Of a stretch of 64,000 bases of DNA, positions 11,875 to 25,289 are shown one piece after another. The notes under the pieces were generated by a model, which was not told where the DNA came from, did no database searches, and worked only from the letters and a program-made list of their open reading frames with translations. Each line of letters starts with the position of its first letter. Within the stretch, counting starts at the first letter, position 1. A program made the position numbers and the translations under genes. Where the stretch lies: NCBI RefSeq assembly GCF_963921235.1, contig NC_086101.1, forward strand, positions 109,926,001-109,990,000, read 5' to 3'. The stretch is from Mobula hypostoma. Taxonomy: Eukaryota.

Positions 11875-12200
11875 CAGTGGACGTTTCGGGTCGAGACCCT
11901 TCGTCGGGACTAACTGAAAGAAGAGATAGTAAGAGATTTGAGAGGGGGAGGGGGAGACCCGAAATGATAGGAGAAGACAATAGGGGGAGGGATGAAGCCA
12001 AGAGCTGGGAGTTGATTGGCAAAAGGGATACAAGGCTGGAGAAGGGGGAGTATCATGGGATGGAAGGCCTTGGAAGAAAGAAAGGGGGAGGGGAGCACCA
12101 GAGGAAGACGGAGAACAGGCAAGGAGTTATTGTGAGAGAGAAAGGAAGAAAGAAAGAAAGAATTAGGGATAGGGTAAGAAGGGGAGGAGGGGCATTAACT
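11875..12200 (-). mobile_element. Penelope-like element terminal fragment with a degenerate hammerhead motif
   Basis: Reverse complement of 11875-11912 reads AGTC-CCGACGA-AGGGTCTCGACCC-GAAA-CGTC; the same family recurs at 25.3, 26.6 and 47.0 kb. Confidence 0.7.
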
Positions 12201-12525
12201 TCTTACCCCATCCCTAATTTATTATTGGCTGATTAAATATTTGCAGAGATCAGGTATACAGATGTACCCAGTAAGGTGGGCACTGAATGTACCTGCACGA
12301 TTAGTACAGATGATCGCATGGATATTGAGGGCTGAATGGCCTTTTTCTGTACTGTGCAACTTCAAGACAGTTTTGAACATTCTTGTCCCTAACCCAATGG
12401 CAATAATCTTTATAACCTAGGTCCATCCTTGTGAATAGTAAATTGGAGGATAATGTGGGGTTGGCATACTTAAAAGCAAATATTAGTGGTTAAAGCATGA
12501 ATGATTCTTCTTTTCTTGGTTTCAG

Positions 12526-12624
12526 GTCTTGTACATATAATCTGAAGCAAGCACTTCAAAAGACAAGATGTTGTGTGCCTGTTCGTTTAGGAACTGATGC
12601 CAGAACTCCCCAACTCTAATTAAA
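12526..12624 (+). other. Candidate non-coding terminal (3' UTR) exon of gene 1
   Basis: Strong acceptor TTCTTCTTTTCTTGGTTTCAG| at 12525 and ATTAAA at 12619-12624; no transcript evidence. Confidence 0.3.
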
Positions 12625-12789
12625 GTGAATCTTTGCATGTGACTTCTGCCTCACCATCCGTGTCCCACCCATGTCTTCGCTGTGTCCTCATCCATTGCCC
12701 ATTGCTTTTCCCACCTCTTCTCATTAGGGAAGGTGCCACTCAGGCTCTGTGTGTCTTCTGTGAACTTGGTCTCTGGGGTCCCCTATCAG

Positions 12790-13290
12790 ACAACTGCAGG
12801 AGATAGGCAGGCGGACAGATGAACAAAGAGAACAAGAGATAGATAACAGGAGAAAGAAAGGGAGGAGAGACAGACATAGAGAAAGAGAGATGGACCGACA
12901 GACAACAGAGAAAGAGAGTGTGACAATGGAGAAAGCGAGAACACAGAGAGAAACACAGACAGCTGACAGAGAGAGAGGGAGACTGAGAGAGAACAGAGAG
13001 AGAGGCAGATAGAGATGACAGAAAGGGTGACAGAGAGAGACAGACAGATGATACACAGAGAAAGTGAGAGAGACTGCAGAGAGAAAGAAAGACAGAGGGA
13101 GAGAAAAAACCGAGAAATAGACAAAGGGTAAGAGAGAAACACTGCAAAAACAGATAGAGAGAAAAACAAAGAAAACAGAAAGAGAGAGAAAAACACAGAA
13201 AAACAGATAGAAAGAGAAACAAAAAGTGAGACAGATGGAGAGAAAGACTGAAGGAGGGAGGAAGTGAAGGAGGGAAAGAGAGTCATCTTT
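12790..13290. repeat. GA-rich (CT-rich on minus) low-complexity tract
   Basis: Degenerate (GA)n/(GACA)n run. Confidence 0.9.
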
Positions 13291-14626
13291 CTTGATGCAA
13301 ATCTGCAGTTGTGAGTGTGTGAGGGTTGGTAGTCAGTGGTTGGGCGGGGGGGTGGGGTTGCTGTCAGGGGTTTGTCAAGCTGATGTCACAGTGTGTATGA
13401 AGACCCTCCCACAGTGCCTCTATCCTCTCTCTCAGCAAGGAGATGCTGGCGGTTGAGACAGACCCCCTTATCCCTTGTCCGGACCAGCACTGAATCTGCA
13501 GTTGGTAAGTGGTGCTCGTGGAGTTTTGGCATGGGGGAATCACCATATGAGAGATCAGTAACTCTCAGTCCTAATCCTGTTTATTAATTTAAAACATAAT
13601 CACAATCCCCTAAATCACTCCATTCCGTTTCTAATCTCCAATTCCACTTATTAGCCGTTAACCTCCGCAAGAAGTTCCTAGCCTTAACTACTAACTTAGT
13701 TCTTGCTCCTAACACTGAACTGTAATAACCAGTGTTACTGATCTCTAATGATGAATTCATGTCCCCACCTCCAGCTGTCTGGATTTGACCACCATTCTGT
13801 AGCTATTAAGAAATTCTCTAATGATTCCTGGCCCAGATTCCCGGGATAGGAACACTAATATTTATCCCAGTCACTAGTCAATAGTTACACTCACTAATGA
13901 TACCAAAGCTAACCTCTAGTGCAAAATCTTAATCATTAATTAATAACTAATCACTAGTATTAACCACTTACCACTAATTGAAACAATAACCATTGACTGT
14001 TATCTAACTCTAAAACTAACCCACTAAACCTCCAGCCTAACCACTAGCTACCACCCTTAACACCCAGCCAAGTTTAACCAGTAATTCCACCTGCTAACTT
14101 CAACTTTTTTGTATATTATGGAGATTGAGGGGGGATTAAACAGAGAAGTGTACAGAAGAAATCAGGATTAGTCATAGGATTCATTTATTTAGCTACATTA
14201 TGCTTGTTCTTCACATATTATAGAAGTTCTTAACCATGTCATTACTCATTAATCACAATGTATCTACTATCAGTTAACCTTCTTCACCAGCAACCATAAT
14301 TCCAACCAATGACATTGATCCTAACTAACAATAGTCCATTGGCACGAAATAAGCATTCAGCTCTGTATTGCCATGGAAGCCAAATGTTGACCTGATCCAG
14401 AAGAAATCCTTGTGTGTTATTCAGGTGTAACAATAATTTTACTGAATCCCAGAGCATTTGTGGGAATGTCAATTCTCAAGCACTGTGACCTTAAGTAGGG
14501 TGTAGGTGCATTTTTCCCATCATTGCAATTATGAGAACATGTAAGCTTTGAACCACCCACCCAAGATCTGCTGCATTGCTGAACCACAATGACATGGTTC
14601 CTTCTCTCCCCCCTGCCCCGCCCCCC

Positions 14627-14960
14627 CGTTCACGATCAGTTGACTCCGCGCTTGGAATTGCCGCTGGGCACTGGTGGCTTCCACGATGACCTTTGCACTC
14701 AGATACCTGGGATGACTAACACAGATCTGGGCTCTCAGGAGATCACCAGAGAACAGGACGCACCGACTGGCAGGAGGAACTCGTAGCTCCGAGTGTGATA
14801 AACTACAAACGCCCAGTACACAACAGCCCTCTTCCAACCATTCATGCTTTTCTTTTTATTGTGTGTTTGGGAGGTGAGGTACACCGCAAGGTCACCCCTC
14901 GTTCAGTCAGACAGGGAACAGGCTACAGTGGGCCTTTGGCATGTAGGAGAATGTTTAGTA
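14627..14960 (-). pseudogene. Decayed Ig-domain exon
   Basis: Minus strand gives GVTLRCT (14881-14895), a Trp codon turned to TGA 13 residues later (14842-14844), SCSLVIS (14738-14758), GI-ECKVIV across frameshifts (14688-14707) and SQLIVN-G; the donor position reads GG instead of GT. Confidence 0.65.
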
Positions 14961-15019
14961 CCCTTCAGTCAGAGAACAAGAGACATTGTTTCCTGAAGGT
15001 CACTGTTCAGATGCCAGAC

Positions 15020-15400
15020 CTGCGTTCTTTTATTCATCTGGAATCTCATTCCTGGCCATTTCACTCTTCCGTTTATCGCAGAGTCACGGTGTTTAATTGT
15101 GAAAATTAGTAATGATTCTGAGCGTCCTTGAGGAGAGGCTTGTGAGCCGTCGAAACCCTGATGATCGTTAACCTTGCTCTTGTAATTGTTAATTCCCCTT
15201 TCATTACCCTGGTTTCTGTTGTTGTTCCTTTGGTGTTCACAGTCCCCAGTAGAGCCGTTGATGTCTGTTTCCCCCTTTGGTGACACCTTGGTGATGTACA
15301 GTATGTTATTGGTACCCACCTCTCCATTGGTGTGTAGTTCAGTATATTTCTGGTGCCTCTGTCTTTCACGTGCACTCCCAATTGGAACCACTTCCATATC
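15020..15400 (-). pseudogene. Possible second, more decayed Ig V-like exon
   Basis: NYKSKV...SLLIFTIKHRDSAINGRV (15062-15085 resembles D.G.Y.CRV with the Cys lost); LYW and ITYCT in other frames. Confidence 0.35.
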
Positions 15401-16539
15401 TCTGTCAGTGTGTCCCTGCTCTCACTCTCTCTCCCCCTCTGCCCCTGCCGCCCAATTTCATGTTGCCCATCTAATGAACTCGCTGATCTAAACACAAGCC
15501 TTGGCTACTATGCAAAGGCAACTCCTGCTCCACTAACCTTGCTCACTAAAGCCTGCCTTCCCCAACTAATTGAATATGAAACCAACTCCTGGTACCTTCA
15601 AGAGCTGTGGAACTGGATGGCGAAGGGCAGGGTGTGGGAGTGGTCTTGGCTGTTTCAGTCCGAACCCATTTTGCTAATCAGTGATCTTATTCCTGACCTA
15701 TACGTGTTCTTGCATGCATTTTGAGAAAGAGACTCTTTTGTGACGCTGTTTGATGTGTTACTACTAATCACTGTGTCATGGCTACTGACTGCTCTTTCAC
15801 CGGTAGAATAAAGCTGTGTCTTATGCACCTTTTCCAATCTGTCTTGGATATATTCTTTATTCTTTCACAAATCCTAATAGCTTTGGCTTCCACTACATTC
15901 TGATTTCTGGTGGCAGTCACGGGAGGACTTGAATCCCTCACACCCAAGGAGCAAGTACAATTAACCGGATAATCCAATGTTTATTTACAATGCGGAGTAG
16001 GCCTTTTCAGCCCTTCCAGCAAAACTGCCCAGCAATCTTCTGATTTAATCCTCACCCTAACCTAATCCCAGGACACTTTAACAATGGCCAATTAACCCAC
16101 TAACTGGCACCCACAAAATGCTGGCGGAACTCAGCAGGGCAGGCATCATCTATGGAAAAGAGTAAACAGTCAACGTTTTAGGCCAAGACCAGATTTTTCT
16201 TTTCCAGTCCTAACAAAGAGTCTCAGCCCAAAATGTTGACTGTTTACTCTTTTCCACAGATGATACCTGCCCTGCTGAGATTTTCCAGAATTTTGTGTGC
16301 TTTGCTTGGATTTCCAGCATCTGCAAATTTTCTTGTGTTTGTGAACTAGTACATCTTTGGACTGTGGGAGGAAACTGGAGCACCCAGAGGAAACCCATGT
16401 GGTCACAGAGAGAATGTACAAACTTCTTACAGGCCATGTCAGGAATTGAACCCTGCTACTAGGGGCTTGCTATTGGCAACAAATACACAAATTGCTGGAG
16501 GAACTCAGTAGGCCAGGCAGCATCCATGGAGGTAAATGA

Positions 16540-17100
16540 ACACTGAGTGGCCACTTTATTGGGTACACCTGTACACCTGCTTGCAAATGCAAGTATCTAA
16601 CTGGCCTATCTCAGCAGCAATGCATAAAACCATGCTGACGTGGTCAAGGGGTTCAGTTGTTGTTTGGATCAAATACCGCATTGGGGAAGAAATGTGATCT
16701 AAGGGACTTTGACCGTGGAATGATTGTTGGTGCCAGATGGGGTGGTTTGAGTATCTCTGGAAACTGCTGCTCTTGGGATTTTCATGCACAACTGTCTCTA
16801 GCATTTACAGAGAATGGTGCAAAAAACAAAAAAAAAACCAGCAAAGTGGCATTTCTGTTGGTAAAGCACCTTGTTAATTGGAAAAGTCAGGGGAGAATAG
16901 CCAGACTGATTCAAGCTGACAGGAATGCAACAGTAACTCAAATAACCATGTGTTACAACAGCAGTGTGCAGAAGAGCATCTCTGAACACACAACACATTA
17001 AACTTTGAACTTACAGCTGCAAAACACCACAGACATACACTCAGTGGCCATTTTTTAAGGTACAAGAGGTACCTTAATTATGTAGTCACTGTGTGTATAG
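16540..17100 (+). mobile_element. Internally deleted Tc1/mariner element
   Basis: CACTGAGTGGCCACTTTATT.GGTACA termini; ORF 16657-17001 GKKCDLRDFDRGMIVGAR...ADRNATVTQIT is a Tc1 transposase N-terminal DNA-binding region. Confidence 0.85.
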
Positions 17101-17769
17101 TCAATCTTTTGACCCAAGACCCATTATCAGGATTGGAAAGGAAGGGGGCAGAACCCAGAATAAAAGGATGGGGGAGGGGAAGGAGTACAAACTGCAAGTC
17201 ATAGGCAAGACCAGGTGAATGGGAGGGTATTAGGCTGGGTGGGGGAGGACGGATGATATGAGAAGCAGGTCAGTGTGGGAATAGGAGGTGGAATTGAAAT
17301 AGGTGGCCACAGGAAGATCCTAGCCATTACAGCGAACAGAGCAATTGCATCGGCAAGTGTTTTTTTTATGGTCACGTGCACGTGCACTGTACTGCTGCCA
17401 CAAAACAACTAATGACACAATATACACGGCTGTGATTCTGGCTGAACTTGAGCTACAGTAAAAGGCTTTTATCTATTGCGATACAGCACGGAATAACCCC
17501 TCCCAGTCCTTGGAGCTGCGCTGCCCAGCGATCCCCCGATTTAACTCTAGCCTAATCACGCAACAACTTATGGTGCCTTACTAACCGGTATGACTTTGAA
17601 CTGTAAGAGGAAATCAGAGCACCCGGTGGAAACCCTCACATTTCACAGGGAGGATTTATAGACTCCTTACAGATGACATCAGAATTGAACTCCGAACTCC
17701 GATATTTGACCAGCAGCCAACCCAGACACTGGGCATCGGAGGTTTGGAGAGGAGGGGAATTCAATCAGG

Positions 17770-19730
17770 TCCACCCCCTGGGAGTAAAAGGCAGCAATGG
17801 GTCAGAGTGGTGATCTTGAGGCTTCAGCCAGAGAAAGTAAAAGAAGGAAAAGCTCAAGTTTTTTTTTTCGTTCCCTTCTTTATATCTGCTCAGCTTGGAA
17901 AGCAGAGATGTCAGGCAGGATAGTGAAATGCTCCTCTCGCGGAACGAGGAAAGGCGGAGAGATCTCCAGTGACCACGACGACTACAACTGCGAGCAGTGC
18001 TTCCAGCTGCAGCTTCTACCAAACCGCATTAGGGAGTTGGAGCTGGAACTGGATGTAGTCCAGATCATTCAGGAGGCTGAGGGATCTATAGCGAGGTAGT
18101 TACACTCAAGGTGCAGGACACAGGAATCTGGGTGACAGGGAAAGGGGTTAAAGAGCCAGTGTAGAGCACCCCTGTGGCCACCCCCTCAACAACAGCTATA
18201 TCATTTTGGATATTTTTGGGTTGGGGGTGTTAGGGATGACCTAACAGAGGGAAGTTGCAGTGGTTGGCTGTCTGGCACTGAGTCTTCCTCTGTGACTCAG
18301 AAGGGAAGTGGGGGGAGGGGGAGGGAAGAAGAGGCACGCTGTGTTGATTGGGGATTCATTAGTTAGGGGAACGGACAGGAGTTTCTATTGGCGAGAACGA
18401 GAATCCTGCATGGCATTTTGCCTCTCAGGTGCCAGAGTCCAGGATATCTCGGATTGAGTCCTCAGCATTCTTCAGTGGGAGGGTGAACAGCCAGAAGTCA
18501 TGGTCCACGTAGGTACTAATGACATGGGTAGCACGAGTGACGGGATACTCAATAGGGAGCTCAGGGAATCAAGTACTAAGATAAGTGGCAGAATCTCAGG
18601 ATTGCTACCCATGCCACATGCTAGTGAGGCCAAACTAGGAAGATTATAGAGTAATGCACGGTTAAAGAGTTGGTGTTGGAGGGAGGGCATAGGATTTTTG
18701 GATCTTTGGGTATTCTTCCAGGGAACATGGGACATGTATAGAAGGGATGGCTTGCACGTAAACTGGAGGGGGACTAATACCCTGGCAAGAAGGTTTGTTA
18801 ATGCCGCACAGTGAGGTTTAAACTGGAGTTGCAGGAAAATGAGAATCAGAGTGCCAGAACAGATAGTGAAGAGGCTGTGGAGGCAAGATGACCTCAGATA
18901 AAGTTAAGAACTAAAAGGTAGGGTCTTGAGCTGCATATATTTCAATTCAAAAAGTATCATGGGAAAGGCGGCCCGTAGGACCGAAGATGAGGTAGCTGGT
19001 TTACAAACAGAGGCAAAGTGTAGTGAGGAGAGACTGTTGATAGGGCAAAACTGCAGTCAACAAGATGAGCTGCAAGTAAAAGGCAGACAAAATTGGAAAA
19101 GGTGATTGCGGGACTGAAGGTGTTGTATCTGAATGCACGCATTATACGGAATAAGGTCGACGAACTTGCAGCACAGCCACAGATTGCTAGGTACGATGTT
19201 GTAGGCATCACTGAATCATGGCTGAAAGAAGCTTAATGTCCAAGGGTACAGGTTGTAACGAGAGGACAGGCAGGAAGGCAGAGGGGATGATGTTGCACTG
19301 CAGGTAAAAATGAAATCAAATTGTTAGAAAGAGGTGATATAGGGCCAGAAGGTGTTGAATCATTGTGGATAGAGCTAAGGACCTGAAAGGGTAAAAGACC
19401 CTGATGGGGGTTTGTATACAGACACCCAAACAGTAGTTGGCCTACAAATTACAATGGGAGAAGGTAGAAAATGCATGCTAAAAGGGCAATGTTACAATCA
19501 TCATGAGAACTTCAATATACAGGTAGTTTGGGACAATCAGTTTTGTGCTGGATTACAGGAGGGGGAATTTCCAGAGTGTCTATGAGATGGCTTTTTAGAG
19601 CAGCTGGTGGTTGAAACTACGAGAGGGTCGGCTATTCTGGATTGTGCAATGATCTAGAATTGATTAGAGAGCTTAAGGTAAAAGAACCCTTCGAGACAAG
19701 TCATCATAACGTGATCAAATTTAACCTGAA
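17770..19730 (+). mobile_element. Degenerate CR1 (ORF1 zinc-finger/esterase region and start of ORF2 endonuclease)
   Basis: CSAW...CEQCFQLQLL..RIRELELELD; VHVGTNDM; YLNAR.IRNKVDEL; many stops. Confidence 0.8.
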
Positions 19731-19739
19731 TATATCTGA

Positions 19740-20380
19740 ATGACCTGACTTGGTCCAACCAATCAGAGTTCACCGCCAAGAAGGCCAACCAGCACCTTCA
19801 CTTTCTGAGAAAACTAAAGAAATTTGGCCGGTTCCCTAAAACCCTCACTAATTTTTATAGATGCACCATAGAAAACATTCTTCTAGGGTGCATCACAACC
19901 TGGTATGGAAGTTGTCCTGTCCAAGACCAAAAGAAGCTGCAGAAGATCATGAACATGGCGCAGCACATCACACAAACCAATCTTCTGTCCGTGGACTCAT
20001 TTTACACCGCACGCTGTCAGAGCAGTGCTGCCAGGATAATCAAGGACAAGACCCACCCAGCCAACAGACTTTTTGTCCCTCTTCTCTCCAGGAGAAGGCT
20101 CAGGAGCTTGAAGACTCGTATGGCCAGATTTGGGAACAGCTTCTTTCCAACTGTGATAAGACTGCTGAACAGATCCTGACCCAGATCTGGGCCGTACCCT
20201 CCAAATATCAGGACCTGTCTCTCAGTTTTTTTGCACTACCTTACTTTTCTATTTTCTATTTATGATTTATAATTCAAATGTTTAATATTTATTAATTTTT
20301 ACTATTTTTAATATGTTTAGTATTTAATATTTGTAATCCATGGAACGGGAAGCGCAGAATCAAATATCGCTGTGATGATT
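19740..20380 (+). mobile_element. Rex1/Babar LINE 3' fragment
   Basis: HPANRLFVPLLSRRRLRSLKTRMARFGNSFFPTVIRLLN with an AT-rich tail. Confidence 0.8.
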
Positions 20381-20499
20381 GTTTGGTGACAGTAAAGTAA
20401 AGAGAAGGAGAAGCTGCATTCATATATATATCAGTATTTCAGTATAAGAAAGGGAATTAGAGGTATGAGAGAGGAGTTGGCAGTTTGTTCCACACACTC

Positions 20500-21230
20500 A
20501 CGACACTCTGAGTGAAGGTTTACCCTCAGGTTCCCTTTGAACCTTTCACCTTTCACCCTAACCCATGAACTCCAGTTTTAGTCCCACCCAACCTCAATGG
20601 AAAAAGTTTGCTTTCATTTACTCTATCTGTACCCTTCATAATTTTGATTCCTCTATTAAATCTCCTCTCAATCTTCTACGTTCCAAGGAATAAACTCCTA
20701 ATATATTTGATCTTTCCATACAAGTCAGGTCCTCCAGAACTAGCAACATCTTTGTAAATTTTCTCTGTATTCTTTCAACCTTATTTGCACCTTTCCTGGA
20801 GGGAGGTGACCAAAACTGCACATAATATTCCAAATTCAGCCTCACCAATATCTTATACAACTTCAATATAACATCTCATCTCCTGTACTCTGAGTTATGA
20901 AGGAAGCCAAGGTACCAAAAGCATTCGTTCTGACTCTATCAAGTTGTGATGCTACTTTCAATGGATTCTGGGCTTTTATTCCCAGATTCCCCTGTTCTAC
21001 TGCACTCCTCAGTGCCCTACTATCCACAATGTAAGACCTACCATGGTTGGTCCTACCAAAATGCAACGCCTCACACTTGTCTGCATTAAATTCCATCTGT
21101 GCTTTGCAGTCCACGTTTCCAGCCAGTCCAGATCCTACTGCAAGCCATGATAGTCTTCCTTGTTGTCCACTGCATCCCCAATCTTGGTGTCATCTGCAAA
21201 TTTCCTGATCCAGTTAACCACGTTATCATC
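20500..21230 (-). mobile_element. CR1 RT 3' fragment
   Basis: MEFNADKCEALHFGR; LYKILVRLNLEYYVQFWSP. Confidence 0.85.
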
Positions 21231-21789
21231 CAAATTGTTCAGCAGGACAAGATTTCAGCCTGAAGCACCAACTGTACTTTTTTCCATAGATACCGCCTGG
21301 CCTGCTCTGTTCCTTCAGCATTGTGTGTGTGTGGCTCGGATTTTCCAGCACCTACAGATTTTCTCTTGCTTGTCACAACACATAAAGTTACAATCCAGCA
21401 CATACAGTCACAAAGTAATATTAGCACAAGTACCTGAGTGACATGGACTAAAGATAGGTTGACATAAAGTGGGAGATGTACTTAGCACCCTCTACCTTTA
21501 ATATTCAAACTGATGAACAGCATCGCCTTCCTTACCATCCTACCCACTTGTGTGGCAACTTTCAAGGATCTATGGACTTGTACTGGAAGATCCCTGTGTA
21601 CTTCAGTGCATCAGGGGTCCTGCCTTTTGCTGTATACTTTCCTCCACACGTCCCGCTAAGCTGCGGGGGTGCGTGGCCTCATAGTAACTGAAGTGCACCC
21701 ACGCACATAGCCTTTGTTGCTGTGCAGCTGTTTTTAAATATATAACACAAAAACATTTCCTCAAAAACAGATTAGACAGGACAGACAAA

Positions 21790-24640
21790 AGGTCCCATTC
21801 TGAAGTGGGAGGGTGATCAGCCAGATGTCATGGTGCACATCGGTACCAATGACATAGCAAGGAAGAGTGAGGAGGTCCTGGAAAGTGAGTATAGAGAGCT
21901 TGGTAGGAAGTTGAAACGCAGGACCTCAAGGGTGGTAATCTCAGGATTGCTACCTGTGCTAGGTGCCAGTGAGGGTAGGAATAGGATGCTCTGGAGGAGG
22001 AGCAAGTGGCTGAGGAACTGGTGTAGGGGGCAGGGTTTCAGATTTCAGGATCATCGGGATCTCTTCTGGGGCAGGTGGGACCTGTACAAGAGAGACGGGT
22101 TATACTTGAACCACAGGGGGACCAATATCCTTTCAGGGAGGTTTGTTAGTGCTATTAGGGAGGCTTTAAACTAGATTTGCAGGGGGATGGGAACCAGAGT
22201 GCCAGAGCTGACAGTGTGGCTGGGGTGAAAATAAATGATGTTGAAAGTTTAAGCAAATCCACTGATAGAAAGGTTGTGAGTGGTGGTAAAAATCTTCTGA
22301 GGTGTATATATTTCAATGCTAGGAGTATTGCGGGGAAGGCAGATGAGTTGAGGGCGTGGATTGACACGTGGAATTATGATGTTGTAGCAATTAGTGAAAC
22401 TTGGCTACAGGAGGGGCAGGACTGGCAGCTTAATATTCCACGGTTCCGATGTTTCAGATATGATCGAGGCAGAGGAATGAAAGGTGGGGGAGTAGCATTG
22501 CTTGTTAGGGAAAATATTACAGCAGTGCTCAGGCAGGACAGATTAGAGGGCTTGTCTACTGAGTCCTTATGGGTGGAGCTGAGAAACAGGAAAGGTATGG
22601 CCACATTAGTGGGATTGTATTACAGACCACCCAATAGTCAATGAGACTTGGAAGAGCAAATCTGCAGAGAGATAGCAGGCAACTGCAGGAAACATAAAGT
22701 TGTGGTGGTAGGGGATTTTAATTTTCCATACATTGATTGGGACTCCCATACTGTTAGGGGTCTAGATGGTTTAGAGTTTGCAAAATGTGCTCAGGAAAGT
22801 TTTCTAAATCAATACATAGAGGGACCAACTAGAGGGGGTGCAATATTGGATCTCCTGTTAGGAAACGAATTAGGGCAAGTGACAGAAGTCTGTGTAGGGG
22901 AGCACTTTGGTTCCAGTGATCATAACACCATTAGTTTCAATTTGATCATGGACAAGGATAGATCTGGTCCTAGGGTTGAGGTTCTGAACTGGAAGAAGGC
23001 CAAATTTGAAGAAATGAGAAAGGATCTAAAAAGCGTGGATTGGGACAGGTTGTTCTCTGGCAAAGATGTAATTGGTAGGTGGGAAGCCTTCAAAGGGGAA
23101 ATTTTGAGAGTGCAGAGTTTGTATGTTCCTGTCAGGATTAAAGGCAAATTGAATAGGAATAAGGAACCTTGGTTCTCAAGGGATATTGCAACTCTGATAA
23201 AGAAGAAGAGGGAGTTGTATGAAATGTATAGGAAACAAGGGGTAAATCAGGTGCTTGAGGAGTATAAGAAGTGCAAAAAAATACTTAAGAAAGAAATCAA
23301 GAGGGCTAAAAGAAGACCTGAGGTTGCCTTGGCAGTCAAAGTGAAGGATAATCCAAAGATCTTTTACAAGTGTATTAAGAGCAAAAGGATTGTAAGGGAT
23401 AAAATTGGTCCTCTTGAAGATCAGAGTGGTTGGCTTTGTGCGGAACCAAAGGAAATGGGGGAGATCTTAAATAGGTTTTTTTGCGTCTGTATTTACTAAG
23501 GAAGCTGACATGAAATCTATGGAATTGAGGGAATCAAGTAGTGAGACCATGGAAACTGTACAGATTGAAAAGGAGGAGGTGCTTGCTGTCTTGAGAAAAA
23601 TTAAAGTGGATAAATCCCCGGGACCTGACAGAGTGTTCCCTCGGACCTAGAAGGAGACTAGTGTTGAAATTGCGGGGGCTCTGGCAGAAATATTTAAAAT
23701 GTCGCTGTCTACGGGTGAAATGCCGGAGGATTGGAGAGTGGCTCATGTTGTTCCGTTGTTTAAAAAAGGATCGAAAAGTAATCCGGGAAATTATAGGCCG
23801 GTGAGTTTAACGTCAGTAGTAGGTAAGTTATTGGAGGGAGTACTAAGAGACAGAATCTACAAGCATTTGGATAGACAGGGGCTTATTAGGGAGAGTCAAC
23901 ATGGCTTTGTGCGTGGTAGGTCATGTTTGACCAATCTGCTGGAGTTTTTCGAGGAGGTTACCAGGAAAGTGGATTAAGGGATGGCAGTGAATATTGTCTA
24001 CATGGACTTCAGTAAGGCCTTTGACAAGGTCCCGCATGGGAGGTTAGTTAGGAAAATTCAGTCGCTAGGTATACATGGAGAGGTGGTAAATTGGATTAGA
24101 CTTTGGCTCGATGGAAGAAGCCAGAGAGTGGTGGTAGAGAATTGCTTCTCTGAGTGGAGGCCTGTGACTAGTGGTGTGCTACAGGGATCGGTGCTGGGTC
24201 CATTGTTATTCGTCATCTATATCAATGATCTGGATGATAATGTGGTAAATTGGATCAGCAAGTTTGCTGATGATACAAAGATTGGAGGTGTAGTAGACAG
24301 TGAGGAAGGTTTTCAGAGCCTGCAGAGGGACTTGGACCAGCTGGAAAAATGGGCTGAAAAATGGCAGATGGAGTTTAATACTGACAAGTGTGAGGTCTTT
24401 GCACGTTGGAAGGACAAACCAACGTAGAACATACAGGGTTAATGGTAAGGTACTGAGGAGTGCAGTGGAACAGAGGGATCTGGGAATACAGATACAAAAT
24501 TCCCTAAAAGTGTCGTCACAGGTAGATAGGGTTGTAAAGAGAGCTTTTGGGACTAGGACAGTGGGACTAGGCAGAAAATGGTTCGGCACAGCCAAGAAGG
24601 GCCAAAGGGCCTGTTTCTGTGCTGTAGTTTCTATGGTTCT
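21790..24640 (+). mobile_element. CR1 LINE, ORF1 end plus ORF2 (APE endonuclease and RT), internally disrupted
   Basis: VHIGTND (ORF1 esterase); YFNARSI, ISETWL, VVGDFN, SSDHN (endonuclease); NYRPVSLT, FSKAFDKVPH, QGSVLGP, KFADDT (RT); several in-frame stops. Confidence 0.95.
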
Positions 24641-25289
24641 ATGGTTCTCAGCCCAGAACGTTGACTACCTCTTCCAATAGATGCTGCCTGGCCTGCTGCG
24701 TTCCACCAGCATTTTGGGTGTGTTGCTAGAAGTGGACCATTTGGATGATCTAATGAGGATTAAGATGTAACTTTAATCTGGTTGCAAAATTAATCTGGAC
24801 ATTGTTTATAGGCCACGGATTTGTGATACAGACAGATACAGAAAAGTTGACAAAACTTGAAAGAACTTCTTTGTTGTATTTCATTATACCCTCAGTTAAT
24901 AAATAAAATCAAAAGTATGTGATATTTTTCAATTTCTATTCTAAATATTCTCAGTATGCATTTACAAAAATATTAAAGTGCTGTGCAGATTTCGGGTTGT
25001 GTAAAAAGTTTCTTGAAATTTCCAAAAAATTGGAGGGAACACTGTTTTGCTCTTAGCCTTTGAAAATGCAGCACCACACATTTATCCAGATTAAACTCAA
25101 TCCTCCATTTCCCTGCCTGCACTTCCAGCTGGTCCACATTCACTGAACCCTTTGACAACCTCCCTTACAATCCACAACTTGACCAATTCTTCTGTCGTCT
25201 CCAAGATTGCGAATCAGCCCAGCTAAGTGTTGGACCAGGTCATTTACACAGAGTGGCCACGTTATCCGGTACCTCCTTTACCTAACAAA

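Noticed and set aside
12724-13286. Leu/Ser/Phe-rich, TM-looking ORFs
   Set aside because: Antisense of a GA-rich repeat; the hydrophobicity is compositional.
13436-13504. 69-nt plus-strand phase 1-1 exon candidate with G|GTAAGT donor
   Set aside because: The peptide ARRCWRLRQTPLSLVRTSTESAV has no recognisable homology and no gene model needs it.
14640-14715. Plus-strand TM-like reading (ALGIAAG/ALVASTMTFAL) after a good acceptor
   Set aside because: Needs a frameshift, gene 1 already terminates at 6965, and the region is better explained as the antisense of the decayed Ig exon.
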